Assembly (NCBI GenBank): GCA_019113295.1
Contig: DXHR01000011.1
Location: 97,254-161,253, forward strand
DNA length: 64,000 bases
Reading direction: 5' to 3'
Source: Candidatus Salinicoccus stercoripullorum
GTDB taxonomy: Bacteria > Bacillota > Bacilli > Staphylococcales > Salinicoccaceae
The first letter of the stretch is position 1. Every line of letters begins with the position of its first letter. The translations under genes and the position numbers were made by a program. Shown piece by piece: positions 63,243-64,000 of this stretch. A model generated the notes under the pieces. That model saw only the letters and a program-made list of their open reading frames with translations. It made no database searches and had not been told where the DNA came from.

Positions 63243-64000
63243 TTATTCATTCTCAATCAATGTGTTCAGAGTATCTATGGCCGCCTGGCTCATGACGCTC
63301 ACCCCGTAATGGACAGCGTCTTCATTGAACCTGAATGCAGGGTTGTGCAGAGGCTTCTGCCCTTCTCCCACCGAACTGCCAAGCCAGTAGTAGACGCCGG
63401 GGTACTTTTGCAGGAATCTGCTGAAATCTTCACCCGCAAGACTCGGGTTCACCCTCGGCAGGGCCTCTTCTCCATATAATGTGTAGACAGTATCATAGAG
63501 CCGGTCTGCCCATTTTTTAGTATTGACTGTGGCCGGATACCCGTCATCAAACTGTATCTCCACTTTGGCATCCATTGCATCGGCGACCTTTTCCACAACT
63601 TCAAAGAACCGTTCTTTTGCAAGTTGTTTCATCCTGTCGGATTGTGTACGTATCGTTCCCTCCAGTTCGACTGTTTCAGCAATGACATTATGCTTTGTGC
63701 CGCCTTCAAAACGGCCGACAGTCACGACTGCCGGTTCCATGGGATCGGCATTTCTGCTCACAATTGTCTGAAGTGCTGAAACGACCTGATTCGCCACGAC
63801 GATTGCATCCACGGTGTCATGAGGCATGGATGCATGCCCGCCGGAACCTTTTATCTTCAGGAAAAATTTATCCGAATTACCCATGATCGGACCGGACATC
63901 ACACCAAACTTTCCAACTTCGAGTCCCGGCCATACATGCTGTCCAATCAGGACATCAGGGGTAAAGTCATCAAAGATACCGTCATCCATCATCCTTTTGG
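63243..64000 (-). CDS. M20 family amidohydrolase, C-terminal part; runs off the right edge
   Basis: GQHVWP, GSGGHASMPH, NVIAE..GTIRT, GEDFS, LHNPAF. Confidence 0.92.
   Translation of the reverse strand, partial: KRMMDDGIFDDFTPDVLIGQHVWPGLEVGKFGVMSGPIMGNSDKFFLKIKGSGGHASMPHDTVDAIVVANQVVSALQTIVSRNADPMEPAVVTVGRFEGGTKHNVIAETVELEGTIRTQSDRMKQLAKERFFEVVEKVADAMDAKVEIQFDDGYPATVNTKKWADRLYDTVYTLYGEEALPRVNPSLAGEDFSRFLQKYPGVYYWLGSSVGEGQKPLHNPAFRFNEDAVHYGVSVMSQAAIDTLNTLIENE

Overview
About 57 kb of core chromosome from a non-sporulating Bacillales organism, followed by a ~7 kb accessory-looking tail. Staphylococcaceae-type markers are present: SA1361/SA1362-like genes, a single-subunit class II GlyRS, aroK next to comG, and no spoIIIA or folD at the Bacillus positions. 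Acidic surface proteins also fit a halotolerant Salinicoccus-like host, though that assignment is inference. Most genes lie on the minus strand. In order: tlyA (partial)-dxs-ispA-xseBA-nusB-yqhY-accCB-efp-pepQ; lipoprotein/DUF1385/SA1362-like; lipM; rhodanese; gcvPB-PA-T under a singlet glycine riboswitch; aroK; a complete comGA-GG operon; argGH; SDR; glcK; rhomboid; pstSCAB-phoU with a Pho box; class B PBP; sodA; ispG; znuCB-zur with tandem Zur boxes; nfo; cshB; ispH; yqfO; trmK; cytochrome c550; sigA; dnaG; yqfL-ccpN; T-box-glyQS; recO-era-cdd-dgkA-ybeY-phoH. The tail (56.9-64 kb) holds an NTF2-like ORF, a flavodoxin-like reductase, an AhpD/CMD protein, a second cytidine-deaminase-family enzyme, three small membrane proteins behind topB, a GNAT, a TPR protein and a partial M20 amidohydrolase. 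I found no rRNA, tRNA, CRISPR array, IS element, integrase or prophage. I cannot support a clearly new multi-gene system here. The best leads are the accessory tail (topB-coupled Zn-ribbon/membrane trio, deaminase paralog, redox pair with a PerR-like box), a probable CTG start for comGB with a start-codon hierarchy across comG, a ComK-type box, and a 48-bp perfect palindrome that includes the stop codons of two convergent genes. Product names come from recognising motifs and synteny; no database searches were run.
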